Origin: Octopus vulgaris
Taxonomy: Eukaryota
DNA: 64,000 nucleotides
Direction: 5' to 3'
Assembly (NCBI GenBank): GCA_951406725.2
Contig: OX597816.1
Location: 55,552,001 to 55,616,000, forward strand
The notes beneath the pieces are model-generated. The model had not been told where the DNA came from, ran no database searches, and saw nothing but the letters and a program-made list of their open reading frames with translations. Positions 26,164-40,276 of this stretch are shown piece by piece (the stretch's first letter is position 1; each line of letters starts with the position of its first letter). The position numbers were made by a program, and so were the translations under genes.

Positions 26164-27507
26164 AAATTGGTACAACTCGTTAAAATATCACTTCCGCAAT
26201 GTATGTTCTCATTTCGCAGAAAGGAAAGCAGCAAAACGAAGGAAATATCTTCATTTACAAAGAAGATCAAAAATAAAACCACAGATGCAATAAAGAAACG
26301 AACACACAAGAGAAAAGTATTAAAAATAACCGTTAACACATATGGATGTATAAACACCCTCACGCAAGTTGCGTGTCGAGTGCACACTCTCTCATGCAAG
26401 CATCCGCGAAATGTAAGCATACGTACACGTGTGGTTTCGTGCACTTACGATCACAAAGCGTGTCGAGTAGCTTTATAAGAATGGGGAGGTTAAAACTAAT
26501 CTTAATTCATCCATACTTTCAAATAAATTATGTTAACAGTTATTCAAATTGATTCCCACTGCATTGTGCGAAAGTACATTTATGTGCGTGCTGGCATCTT
26601 GCGCATCTTTCAGACATTCTATTAATGATCTCTTCTCATTAGTCCACAGAATAGACAGGGATTCCTCGGGGCAGAGTCGTCATCTCCTGGAAATTATATT
26701 GTATGGTTTCGCGTGCATTACTATGGACCAAGTTATGTTGTACTTAATTTGTCTTCCTTCATAATCGGCCAGAGATGTTGAATGTCTCTTATTGATTTTA
26801 TTGAAGCTTGCAACATAGTTGCGTTAACGATTCCTAAATGAATCAGAGTAATGCCCAGTGTAAACATATGCCTCCACTCCCTTTTGTGAACGGTACATTT
26901 ATAGTTATGATTTGTACTCATACAGAGGTTTATCAATTGGCACTTTGATTTCTCTCTGCCTGAGCATTTATCATTTTTATTTATATATAATAGCAGTTCT
27001 GACTTCATTTTCCTACATTGTTACCGCGTTAGCTATATCATAAGCATTTCTACTATTACAATTTGGCCGTAATTGGTGCCTTACATTGAGGTTTACACCT
27101 TTGTTGCTATTTAGATGAGCTTGTGTGTGTGTGTGTGAGCATGCGACAGACTTCAGCCACGTCCCTGCTGTATTCGTGGTATATGCTTTTGTTTGTAAAA
27201 TTACGTTTCGTCTGATGATTATGGTTTTTTGGAATGGAGTAGTGTACTCATTCTTCTATTAAAAAGATGCGTAAGAAACACCTGTAGAGAGTTGACAATT
27301 ATTCATCGTCTGTTATTATTCATTTGATTTTAATACACCAAGGGAATTTATGACTTGACGGACACCCTAGACTATACCAACAACGTAAAATACAACGTAG
27401 CGCGTGCTTCGGACTAGCCCCTAGGCGCTAAATACTCATAGAGTTGGTTTTGTCTGAGTACACAACCGGAATATCCTTTATGATGGTGTGCGTTTGGAGG
27501 ATTAAAT

Positions 27508-28158
27508 TCATTCTGTGGTCCCTTTTTCGTAGAGGAGTGTTCCGGAGGATGATATCGAAGGCCTCGTTGTTAGAGGGTTTGTGTGTGGAGATGTACGTTG
27601 TAAGTCTTTCTTTAGTTTGGGATGTCTGAGTGCGTATATGTTGAATTGTAGAGCATGCTGAAAGCCTATATCAGTTAGTGACAGTGGGTAGTTCCTGGTG
27701 ATGAGTGTATCCTTTAGTTGATGAAGTTGTGAGTGCCTAGTGTTAGTATTAGAAACTATAGTACAAATCCTTCTTGAAAGGTTGAAGGGGTTATTCATTC
27801 TAGTATGTCTGGGGTGGCATAAGTTGAACAGTAGATACAACTTGGAGTCCGTGGGCTTATAGTATGTATCTCGTTCTATTTTGTTGTTGGTTTTCTTCAT
27901 GAAGATATTGAGGAATGGAAGTTGTTGATAGCTATATTCCATCGTTAACTGAATGTTTACACCAAGTCCATTTATAAGTGCTCGAAATTCTTTAAGTCTC
28001 TCTATACCTTCATGCCAAAGGATGAAGTAGTCATCCAGATATCTCTTCCAGTTATTTTCTATGTAGAAGGAGAATTGGTTGCCGTATTTTTCTAGTACCT
28101 TACGATAAAGACCGATTTCTAGATATCCTATGACTAGGTTAGCAAAGGAGTAGGCCAT
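27508..28158 (-). pseudogene. PLE reverse transcriptase fragment (catalytic YLDD motif through thumb)
   Basis: 216-aa ORF with YLDD and YYKPTDS..YL.F..CHP. Upstream and downstream frames are broken. Confidence 0.9.
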
Positions 28159-29393
28159 TCTCGTACCTATGGCAGTCCCGGTTTTTTGTCAATCGAAGTT
28201 GTCTTTGAAGACAAAGCAGTTATTCTCGAAGATGAATTTTAGCCCTTCTATTACGACTTCTTTTTTGATGCGATGTGGAAGTTCATTGGAGTAATTCTCT
28301 AGCCAAAATTTAATTTGCCTCTATTTCTAGGCTGTGGGGGATATTGGAATAGAGGTTGACTGCATCGAAGGATACTAGTACGGTGTTTTATTTATTGCTT
28401 TAGGGAGGTGATTGAGCATATCTAGATCGTCCCTTATGTAGCATTTGATATGCTTGAACAATAGTTTTAAGAGTGTATCTAAAAAGCTACTGAGGCGGTG
28501 CGTTTCGCACGCGGGACCTGCTGTTATAGGTCTTAATTTGAGGCCATTAGGAGTAGGAATCTTGGTTATTATGTCTGTGGTTCTCCTGCATGCGTGACTT
28601 ATTTTCTCACTTTTGTATATCTGAGGAATACCGTAGAATTGACTGGATATACTTTTGAATTTAGTCTTTTAATTCTATGTCGGTGAGCCCTTCTTTGTAT
28701 AAGTTTAACATTGTTTTTAGGTTTCTCGTTATTTGCTGTTGACTGTAGTGTTGGACTTTTTCATAATACGTTGTGTCTTCTAATATGGATAGTACTAGAG
28801 TTATATAGTATACCGTGTCCGTTAAGACAACTACATTTCTTTTATTAGCATCTTTGATTTTTATTGTTTTATCATACTTTAATTTGTTCAGCTCAGCCTT
28901 TTTTTTTCTTTTTGCTGAAGCTTAGCTTGTGTTTTTGCTTGTGTATATGTTGATATGGGTAATTCGTGATGGATTCACAAAAACGGTCAAGAATTGTGTT
29001 CTCATATTTTTAAGGGGTGTAGTTACTTCTATTTCGGACTTACGATTCATCTTCGTTGTATTTGTCGAATAGTTCCTCGGCGATTCTTAATTCCGCGATG
29101 TCTTCTTTCCTTTTGCTGTAGTTGGGGCGTTGGGGGAGGGTCTAAACTTGAGCCCTTTGGAGAGTATGTTGATTTGCCTTGATCTTAGTTCTTTGTGAGT
29201 TAGATTTTAGCTTCACCTGTCTGATGCTATCTCGTATCCCTGTTTAATTGGGACGGTAGCTGTTATGCAGATGTCCCCTTTTTATGTGGAGTGCCCCGTC
29301 ATTGTGACTTATGGTGCGGGTTCTTGAAAAGTGTGTCCCTATATCTCATGTTCGGATGGGGTGCTTTAGGGGGCCGTCGTTGGTAACTATTAG

Positions 29394-30553
29394 GGTTAAT
29401 ATAAAGATCTTCACCCGTTAACAAAAACAAAAACAGCCTGCTGGGTGTTAACAACTATGTAGAAAACGAATATGACAAAAAAATTGCGCCAAAGAACATG
29501 GTGGGGTGGGGAGAGGACTTTCAGAAAATTCTCAAGATCCGATTTTTCCGTCATAACTTTCGGGAACATGGATATAAACTGACTTTTCTTTTACAGAATC
29601 CCAATTTTTGGTTATGGAGGATCCGATTCTGAAAAAAAAAAAATTTCGAAAATCGCATTTTCAAAATTTCAATTCCAGAAATAACAGCCAAATCTCACAA
29701 AAATGCGATAACATAATAAAAGAAATGTGTAATCAATCTACTCACCTTTCTGCAAAGATTACTTTCAGAGTAATTTCCCGCAGCAATATGACAAAGTGAT
29801 TCACGTTAAATTAAAGTGTTTTTTTTAAATCTTTTTTCGAATTTTTTTCCAATCAATCAACGTGAGAAAATACGGAGATTGAGAAAGAAAATAAACACAA
29901 ATTCAAACTTTAATTTCAATTTTTTTATGATAAACTCCGACCTAAAAATTATGCTCCCTCTCCGCCATACCGCTGTGTAAAAGTGAAAGTGAACGGTTAT
30001 TTTGTCAGTTTCTGCATGCGGTATAGTGAAAAGAGAGTAAGATAGATTCCCAGATGAGTAGGTTGATTACTTATGTATTTCATGTTATCGCAGTTTTGTA
30101 AGATCTGGTTGTAATTTCTAGCATATGGGTAGCCTGCTTAAAGGCCAAGGCTGTAGAATTGGGAGCGGAGGGTGTTGGTGGTATATATATATATATTTGA
30201 AAAATTGAAATTTTACAAACAAAGTTTTTTCAAAATCGTAATCTTCGTATTTTTCTATGTATTTCGCAAAAAACTGAAATTTTCCGGAAAAAGTGGAAAA
30301 TGAAGGGGATGGATATAGCGACGTAACCAATAATGTGGAATTCAGTTTAAAAAAAAAATCAATATATATCAATTTTTCTGAAAGTTATGGCGGAAAAATC
30401 GGATGCTGTGAATTTTCCGAAAGTCCTCCCCATCACCTAGGTCTGCTTGCGCAATTCTTTTTTTGTCATATTTGTTTTCTACACAGTTGTTAACACCCAG
30501 CAGGCTGTTTTTTTTCTTGATTTTGTTAATGGGTGAAGGTCTTTATATTAACC
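29394..30553. mobile_element. Non-autonomous long-TIR (Mutator/foldback-like) DNA element
   Basis: GGTTAATATAAAGA(T/C)CTTCACCC(G/A)TTAACAAAAA termini are inverted. The arms align for ~200 bp and continue with indels (29670-29750 vs 30050-30122). Degenerate 9-bp TSD aactattag / aattattac. No ORF. Confidence 0.85.
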
Positions 30554-30885
30554 AATTATTACGTGTGGTACGGGTTTCTTGAGCGTAGTTATTTAGTGGA
30601 TTGTCGAAACCAAAACTCCGTTGGTACCACCTTATCGGGGGGGGGGGGGGTAAGATGTAACGTCTATCTTGCAGGTATTGATTTTTTATTCCTTTGTTTG
30701 ATGTTGAGGCACCACCAATGTTGTTTCGCTGACGGGTTATGAAGTTAATTTCATTTAATTTTTCCACAATTTAATTGTTTTTATACAATAGTCTAAGTTG
30801 AAAAAGTCGCAAAGGCAGAAACCGGTACTAAAATGTTCTTCATGATGGAATTATTTTAGCATTTTCTACCTTGTCCTATTTTCGT

Positions 30886-30951
<66 letters not shown>

Positions 30952-30974
30952 CGTGCGTGAGTGTGGGTGTGTAT

Positions 30975-32323
30975 ATGGCGGGCTACTTTCAGTTTTCGTC
31001 TGCCAAATCCACTCACAAGGTGTTGGTCGGCCCAAGGTTAGAGTAGAAGACACTTGCGCGAGTTGCCACACAAAGAGACTGAACCCGGAACCATGTGGTT
31101 GGTAAACAAGCTACTTTATTTCATAAATTGGCCAAAGCAAAAATTTAGCAGCTGGCTGGACCAGACAAAAATTATAATGGAATGAAAAAAATTAAAAGAT
31201 GGTTGAGGTGGGAAGCAGACAACGTTCGCTGATTGCTACTTCCCGAAAGCATAATTCTCTTTTTCTCAACAACACAAAATGTGGTAATGAAACTCTTACC
31301 AAAATCCAAAGAATGGACGCAATCGATCTTGCAACTTTTGGAGACTGAGCCTCTTACCAAAATATTAAAGATTTCAATTTCAAATCGAGGCAATAAGGCC
31401 TCTTACCTTTCCTCCCCGACCAGGTAATATGCCTCCTGCAGGCAATCCTGGAGTTCAAATTCGGGGTCCCGGAAAGAATAACTGTATTGGTCCTTGGGAA
31501 AGGAGTTCTTCACTCTAAACATATCATTTCCCATTATGACCTCCGCAGTTCCCTCCGGAGGCCAATCCGGGTCTTTAGTACAGGACGGGACCCCCTCCCT
31601 CCGGCTTTCTAGCTTCTTCACAAAGCTCTGTACAGCCCAGAAAGAAGATCACAAAATCATCCTTCATTATAATGGGAGGGGCCACAGTTTCCTCCGTCGG
31701 TGGCACAATTTCCACCGAGGAGGTTTCAGGATATGCCGGCAGTGTACTACTAACCGCCGGTAATGTCCCATTTTTTTTTTCTCCCTTGTGCTACGGGAAG
31801 GTGTAGTTCCTCCGCTTTATCCGGAGGATCTTCCCTCCCTCCTGCAGAAAAAAAAGAGAAAAAAGAAGGAAGGAAGACACGGCAACACACATCTCCGGTT
31901 ACCCGGTACATCTGGCCAAAAGGTACTCCACAGTTACTCCAAAAATAAACAGGGACACAGCAGCAGGAACAGAGCTACCACAAATTGGTAAAAATTCAGA
32001 AATTTCTATCACAAAAATTCACAATTTTTGGAGTCGGGATACGCCCCCAAAACAACATAAATCTCACAATTAAGTGAGACGGCGGAACTATAGGAAGACA
32101 AATGCCTGCAACTCAGTAGGGATTTCTTGTTCGAAAAAATGGACAACAAATAACAAACCCCCATTGAATCCCACCCACTCCAAAACAAATGTCTTACAGT
32201 TACGCCTTCACAGTTCTTCAATTTAAGACCGCTGCAAAGCAGTGTCTTGACAACACCAGTGCAGAAGTAAAACTATAGCATGCGCGTAAGCAAATTATTT
32301 ACCACACAGCCACTCGTGAGCCT
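30975..32323 (-). mobile_element. SINE family B split by a ~1.17-kb insertion (31117-32285)
   Basis: SINE body at 30975-31116, with the rest of its head (accacacagccac) resuming at 32301. Duplicated target gtaaacaagctactt / gtaagcaaattattt. Confidence 0.75.
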
Positions 32324-32335
32324 CATATATATATT

Positions 32336-32393
<58 letters not shown>

Positions 32394-33426
32394 CATCGGT
32401 GATTTTAGTATCGCTGTATCTCGATTAAAATGCTTTGTGATTGATAGGGATTTAGTTACGGTAATTTAGGCCGCTGGAATCCATACAACTTTACGAAATT
32501 AGTCACCAGAGCTCAATAGCATAAGTGATTGTGTAAGTCGTGTTGGGAATACAATCAAATAAAACTAAGCTTACAACAGTAAAATAACACACAAGAAATA
32601 TATATATATATATATAACTTATATAATTTTAATAACAAATCTTGTGTCTTACATAAAACTATATAGGTATTTATTTCCCATAATTGCTTGTTTGTATTGT
32701 TTGCTAGCGGTCGCCTAAAACCACATACACAGTGTTTGATGCTACAGTATGCAGCATTTACGTAACACAGAAAAATGGCGACTCCATTTAGTGTAAGTGG
32801 TACAGAGTTATTATATCCAGAAAGGTTGTAAAGAACATAAAGTATATTAGAGTAATACCGTGCAGAACTAAAAGCAATATAATTTTATAATGTTGTTGTT
32901 AAGAAAATAAAGTATATTTTAAGATGAGTGCTGAGAACGTGATGTAAATATAGATGCAAGAGAAGTAATCGCTTACACCGGAAATACAAGAAAATAGTTT
33001 TGAAGAAGCATCGGAATTGACGACGGTGTATCACAGCACAAATATACATCGTCTATACGACGCATCATTTCTCTCATAACTCATACATATCCATACTCAT
33101 ATATACATACTTATATGTGTGTGTGTGAGTGTATATGTGTGTGTGTGTCTGTGTCTGTGTGTGTGTGTGTGTGTGCACTTCGTATTTGGATTTGGTTTTT
33201 GGAAGATACATACATTTGCATGCGCACATACACTGACACACACACATGCGCACAAACAAACAATGAGAACGCAGCGCGGATAATAGACAGAGCCAACGAC
33301 TATCGAAAAGGTTGCAAGACTCAACCAAATATTAGGAAAAGAATGTAATCAAATGAGTGGAAACTCTACCTATGAGTGTGTTAAATAATACGGCACTAAA
33401 AGAGAATGACCCTCCCCAGACACATC

Positions 33427-33462
<36 letters not shown>

Positions 33463-33624
33463 TATATATTGGTAGCTACTTCGAAATTTCGGTTTACTTC
33501 TCTCCGTCAAATACTCTACAGAAAATTATTGATTAATCCTCTGTTTCATGTTAAATTATTTTCCAATGTATAACACGTAAGAAATCAGAGTATATATTAT
33601 ATTCTAGTATATACATACATACAG

Positions 33625-33703
<79 letters not shown>

Positions 33704-34263
33704 CACGCATGCACGCAGGGGGAACATGATTCCGCCATTATTCTAGACATTACATAAAAAATACGATGAAAAACGAAGATGGATTTTTTGCTAGTGACGT
33801 TTTTCTTGATTCTACCAGAAAAATTCCGCCCACTCCCATACACCCCAACCCACATATGTTCACATATACACATACACCAACACACACAGATACTCACACA
33901 AACTTACACACACACATACACACACATATGTCCACTATGTTCATTGAAATGATGCTGAATCATGACATTTGCTAATTCTTATAGACATATGTCTGTCCCG
34001 ATCACCAGTTAAGCCGCAAAGCGTATCACATGAAAAGGGACACATGCACTTTTATGTGCTGGTTGTAAGGTAATTACCACATTCTGTCGTTAACAAGTCA
34101 GAGTGTACAAAAACAAATCCGGTACAAGACGAATGTTTGACAATATATTTCTTTTGTATTTGATTTGCTTCTAATTTCTAATGCGATTGTTAAGAAAATG
34201 ATTGAAGACATTTGGTATATATTTCCCACGATTGATACCCTATTAATATATTTAACATCCATT

Positions 34264-34494
34264 AAGACGGTGAACTGGCAGAAGCGTTAGCACGCCAGGC
34301 GAAATGCTTAGAGGTATTTCGTCTGTCTTTACATTCTGAGTTCAAATTCCGCCGAGGTCGACTTTGCCTTTCATCCTTTCGGGGTTAATAAATAAAGTAC
34401 CAGTTACGCACTGGAGTCGATGTAATCGACTTAATCCTTTGTCTGTCCTTGTTTGTCCACTCTATGTTTTGCCCCTTGTGGGCAATAAAGAAAC
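34264..34494 (+). mobile_element. tRNA-derived SINE, family A
   Basis: Collinear with 8295-8522. Confidence 0.85.
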
Positions 34495-35106
34495 ATATAT
34501 TTTACCTCCAGCCGTTCACACAAATGGTACATTTATCTTAATAATAATGTGATTAATGTGATTGTCACATCTTGAAGATTATAGCCACAATTATAGGAGA
34601 GTCTCCCCAGACACAACAGAATATGCTTCAACACACGAACTCACATAAAGAATCTTGTAAACCAAATCCAAAAACGAAATATAAGAGTTGTTGTGCCAAT
34701 TCTTCATCTTTTCGAATGAAATGCCAAGTCCATCTCAATCTGCAAAGTTTCCAAATTAGATACTTCGTGTTATTTTCTCTGCACCTCTGACCCCATCGTG
34801 CAAAGTATAACTTCATCCAAATATCAGCGGATGCCGAATTCAGTTTGCAGTTTCTCTCAAAAAAATATACTCATATTTCAAACATGAAGTGAACTGATTG
34901 GAGAAACTGTAACCCTCAAAACATGACCTCATGGCGATACTTCAGGATCAACACGAGGCTATTTCAGAACAGAGCTGACATGGTAAAACAATTTTATTAA
35001 TTGCATTGTGACGAGTATACGATTAAGAAAAGTGACAACTGAGATGCAACGATAAGTGTGTGTATTTTGTGTGCGTGTGTTGCGTGTGTGTGTGTATGAG
35101 AGAGCG

Positions 35107-35161
<55 letters not shown>

Positions 35162-35719
35162 ACCAAGCTACTGAGTTGTGCTGTTGCGGATATTAATACG
35201 TTTAGAATAGATTTGAAAGCGAAGAAAAACGGAAGTCCTTGTGAAGTTTATAACACATTAAAAAGGCATTTTAGACAGTCACTGTTATCGGATCACTGAA
35301 CAGAATAGGAAGATTCAGTAAGCACTATGAACTTGATTTATAAAGGAGTCGAGATCCATCACATGCTGTTAATTGCACGATTTTTGAACATCAAAACTCG
35401 TACAATCAATGATTTATTTCCCATATAAAAACACATAACTCTTTTTGCAACGTTCCTCCTTCTCTCCCTTTAATATCAATCTATCTTTTTCTGTCCCCTC
35501 ACTTTCTCTCTCTACATATATATATATATATGCGTGTGTGTGTGCTTGTGTGTGTATGTGTGTGTGTGTGTGTGCGTGAATGTGTGTGTGTGTGAGTGTG
35601 TGTGTGTGTGTATGTGTGTGTGTGTGTGTGTGTGTTTGTGTACAGAGTGTAGTCAATAAACTGTCGTCTAAATTACGCAAAAATGAAAATAACACTGGTA
35701 TCTCATTTTAACAGATATA

Positions 35720-36525
35720 TTTACCAAAATTACAAAAAAAAATTATCGTGAAATATTAAAGAGTAAATTTATTTAATAAAATCGCCATTGGCTTCAGCCA
35801 CGGCCCTCCAGACGACTACGGAATCTCTTGCAACTCTTCTGGGCTGCCTCCTTGTTTAACGTTGGTGAATGCTGACATAACCCTTGCCTTCACTTCATCT
35901 TTGGTGTTACAAGAAGTCTTGTTGGTCTCTTGCTCACCCGTACTCCCCACATGATAATCAAGGGGGTTTCAGAGTGGGGAGTTAGATACCCAGATGTTAG
36001 AGGTGATGTGGTCAATGTTAGCGGTGTGTGACAGCCATGACTGGGTTCTACTGTTTGTGTGTGGCAAGGGGCAAAGTCCTCTTGCCAGATATAGGGTCTT
36101 CCAGCAGCTATCCTCTTGACCCAGGGAGCACTACCTCCTTCAGGCACTTGATGTAGGCATCCGTGTTGAGTCTGAGGCCATGTGGGAAGATGAATGGAGG
36201 CATAACATCACCATCACTAGTGATCACTCCAATCACCGTGATGCTGATTGGATGTTTAATTGTTATATCTCTCTGTACTTGTCATCCCATTGACACGCAA
36301 AAACACTGAGATGTTCGTAGTGGAGCTTCCAGCTCGAAAGCCAAGCAGTACGGCATGTTGTTTCTAAATTTTGGGCAGAGTTAATTGCGTCATGGTGCTA
36401 TTTTCTCACAGACGGTGTCCAACTGACCCTGCTATACTCTCTACTCGACAAAATAAAACACAGACAATGAACATGCGCGAAATTAAAACTATAGTATGGA
36501 GACATTTTACCCATCGCACGCTGAA
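35720..36525 (-). mobile_element. Tc1/mariner-superfamily non-autonomous remnant
   Basis: PWVKRIAAGRPYIWQEDFAPCH, then a frameshifted WxPNSP..NPLDYYVG motif. Its 3' end is repeated as a ~40-bp fragment at 37516-37553. Confidence 0.8.
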
Positions 36526-36546
36526 TGCTTACATACATATATATTT

Positions 36547-36582
<36 letters not shown>

Positions 36583-36644
36583 ATGTATGGATACAGTTAT
36601 ACAGAAACACATTTATATACGCACGCACATACACACACACAGAT

Positions 36645-36676
<32 letters not shown>

Positions 36677-36741
36677 GCACACTCGCGCATAGTTATGTCT
36701 TCTAACATGTTTCTCTCACCTTTGAACATATAAATATTTAA

Positions 36742-36791
<50 letters not shown>

Positions 36792-37410
36792 TTATATATA
36801 TATATACAACAGTGTGTGCATGTGTGTAGTTGTGTGTGTATAAATCTGCGCGTGCGCGTGTGCTTGTGTCTCTGTGTGCGGGTGTATGTATCTGCGTGTG
36901 TGTGTGCGCGCACGTCCGAACACGTGTGCCTGCAAACACGCACCAACGATACGCTGTGTCGAGCGAATAAGAGAGCAACGCTTAATCTATGTCGCAAATA
37001 ATATCATGTATTGAATATTCCCTTCAACACCTTAAATGTAAGGTCTCTTGCCCGAAGACTGAAGCTGGACTCAACCTATAATGGAAGCAATCTACAAACA
37101 TTATTATAGATCACCAAGCCCACAGAAACAGCTGATGAGTCAGTTACACATTTCTTTAATAACTTTAATTCCCTAGATCATTTATATTTTGTATAATTCG
37201 GAACTTATTGTATGTTAACATATATGCATTTTTGTATTACATGTATAATATTATAGAAATATTGATCTGTCTAACTTGCATATCACTACATTTATATTTC
37301 TACCCGCTCAAGTTTAAATCACTTGAGCACCATTAAGCGTATTCTATACGGGGAATGTTGATCGTCATTCACATGTATGGTATATATATATATATGTATA
37401 TGTATATGTG

Positions 37411-37463
<53 letters not shown>

Positions 37464-37557
37464 GTATATACATATGTATATACATATGTATATACATATG
37501 TATATACATATGTATAGGGCCGTGGCTGAAGCCAATGGCGATTTTATTAAATAAATA

Positions 37558-37609
<52 letters not shown>

Positions 37610-37733
37610 TACATAAATGTATACGAACTTACACATCTACGTATAATTACATACATGCATAATAATTTATGTACATATTTGTGAGTGTAGGTGCGTGCTT
37701 ATTTGTTTACAGAGACAGACACACACGTGCGCG

Positions 37734-37768
<35 letters not shown>

Positions 37769-37855
37769 GCACACATACAGACACAAATGTGTATACAGGG
37801 GTGTTTGTTTGTACGTATGCATGTCTGAATGTATTTATCTATTTGTTTTTATGTA

Positions 37856-37902
<47 letters not shown>

Positions 37903-38379
37903 ATACACATGTATGTATACGTTTGCATTTATGTATGTATATATGTATGTATGCATGTATGTGTATACTAAAGCGGAGTGGGAGAGAAGAGCAGACACAC
38001 TGAGTCAGGCAATGAATAAGAATGCAACAAATCACTATTCCGCCATAAAGTCTAAACTTATATTTATACAATAAATCGTAATGGTTTTCATTTGTATTTT
38101 AACTTCGCTTTCTGTTGAAGCAGTAAAAGGCTCCACTGCATGGTTTTATTACTGGTGTTACTTCAATTACAAACATTTGTGTATTAAATAGGATTTTATT
38201 CAATTACATTATCCCATTCTAAGTGGAAAAATTGTATTTGTAAAGCACACACATATATATACATACATATATACATGCATATATATATATATATATATAT
38301 AAACATGCATAATTATATATAAATATGATTGTAGACATGTGAGTGTGTGTACATATAAACGTGTTTATACGTATATATG

Positions 38380-38417
<38 letters not shown>

Positions 38418-38490
38418 CTTATAAACATACATACTTATAAATATAACTATATACATGTGAGTGTGTGCTTACTTATAAACGAGTTTATAC

Positions 38491-38640
<150 letters not shown>

Positions 38641-38937
38641 ACATGCATACATGCATATATGTATTTATAAATATGCTTCTATACACGCTCGCATATACAA
38701 GCACGCACGGACGCATACTCATATAGTATTTTGTTTATGTGTAGGTATACATAAAATCGAATTAACATTAAATTGAAAGTCGAATCCTAAATATTTTCAT
38801 CAGATTTCGTATTTATGGATTTTTCGGAATAAAAATCTTCATTGTGTTTAGACAGTCTCTCAATGACATGCAATGCGTAAATTTGAATTTAGTATGGATC
38901 TTTACAGTCGCACACGCACACACACAAACACACACAC

Positions 38938-38968
<31 letters not shown>

Positions 38969-39688
38969 AACACACATACACACACACATGCACATACGCA
39001 TACACATCTATGTGTGCATGTAAATATATATAAATGTGTGTGTATATATGTCAATAATATTATACAAAATTCACTTGAAATCCTGTGCATGTATATCAGT
39101 CTGGCGAATTACTCGAAAAGAAAACATAAATATTCCAGGTTCTACAAACTGGCTGGTAAAGAAGTCCATTTCAAGTGAAACAGAAATATAAAGATACCAT
39201 GCTTTGTGGAAATCCGGTGTGAATCAAAGACATAGTTGGTACATGTTACACCGTCATCCATTCAGTAAAGACACAAGAAAAGATAGATCGAAATATCGCT
39301 ACATCTGTTTCAGTAGTTTGTTATTTATTTAACAAAGCATTATAAAACATAAGCTATTACATAAATGCACAATAGGTTTTTATGAAATAGTATGTATTAT
39401 ATTATTCATTCTTTTTTAAATAACCACGCATTTGAAACGCATGTAATGATGTTTTAAATTGACCTTTCTTATGTGTGATACTTCCCAACAATGTGACATT
39501 TTGTTCAGACCCACTGGGCGGCACATTGGGCAAGTGATTTCTTCTACAGCTCCAGCTTAACCAAAACGTTGCAAGTAGAATTAGGTCGACGGAAATTGAA
39601 AGGAGCCCATCGGCACTCTATCTGTTTCTGTTTGTCTCCCTCTCCCTCTTTCTTTCTCTCTCTCTCTCTTTCTCTCACGATACATACC

Positions 39689-39782
<94 letters not shown>

Positions 39783-39787
39783 TATAG

Positions 39788-40196
39788 ATGCAGAAGTGGC
39801 TGTGGTAAGAAGCTTGCTTTCCAACCACATAGTTCTGAGTTCAGTTCCACTGCGTGACACTTGGGCAAGTGTCTTCTACTATAGCCTCGGGCCGACCAAA
39901 GACTTGTGAGTAGATTTGGTTGAAGGAAACTGAAAGAAGCACGTCGTGTATGTATACATACATATGTATATGTATGCATGCATTCTGCGCTTGTCCACCC
40001 ATCATCGCTTGACAACCGATTTTGATGTGTGTATGTGCATGTAACTTAGAGGTTCGGCAAAAAAGAAACCGATAGGATAATTACTAGGTTTACAAAGATA
40101 GTTCTAGATAGATTTGTTCGACTAAAGATGGTGCTCTAGCATGACCACGGTCAAATGACTGGAGCAAGTAAAAGAAGGAATAAAAGAATAAAAGGA
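39788..40196 (+). mobile_element. tRNA-derived SINE, family B (near full length with internal microsatellite)
   Basis: GTGGCTGTGGTAAGAAGCTTGC head, GAGTTCAGTTCC B-box-like motif, CTTGGGCAAGTGTCTTCTACTATAGC core, tail ending AAAGAATAAAAG. Partial copies at 39505-39612 and 55278-55652. Confidence 0.8.
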
Positions 40197-40214
40197 TATA
40201 TATATATGTAATAG

Positions 40215-40276
<62 letters not shown>

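Larger units (their letters stand above)
27200..30790 (-). mobile_element. Decayed Penelope-like retroelement (RT), interrupted by a TIR element at 29394-30553
   Basis: FYGIPQIYKS (~28610-28640), LRPITAGPACETHRLS, VSFDAVNLYSNIPH, GTAIGTRMAYSFANL, WKRYLDD, LPFL, YYKPTDSKLYLLFNLCHPRH. The N-terminal reading frame appears to resume beyond 30554. Confidence 0.88.
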
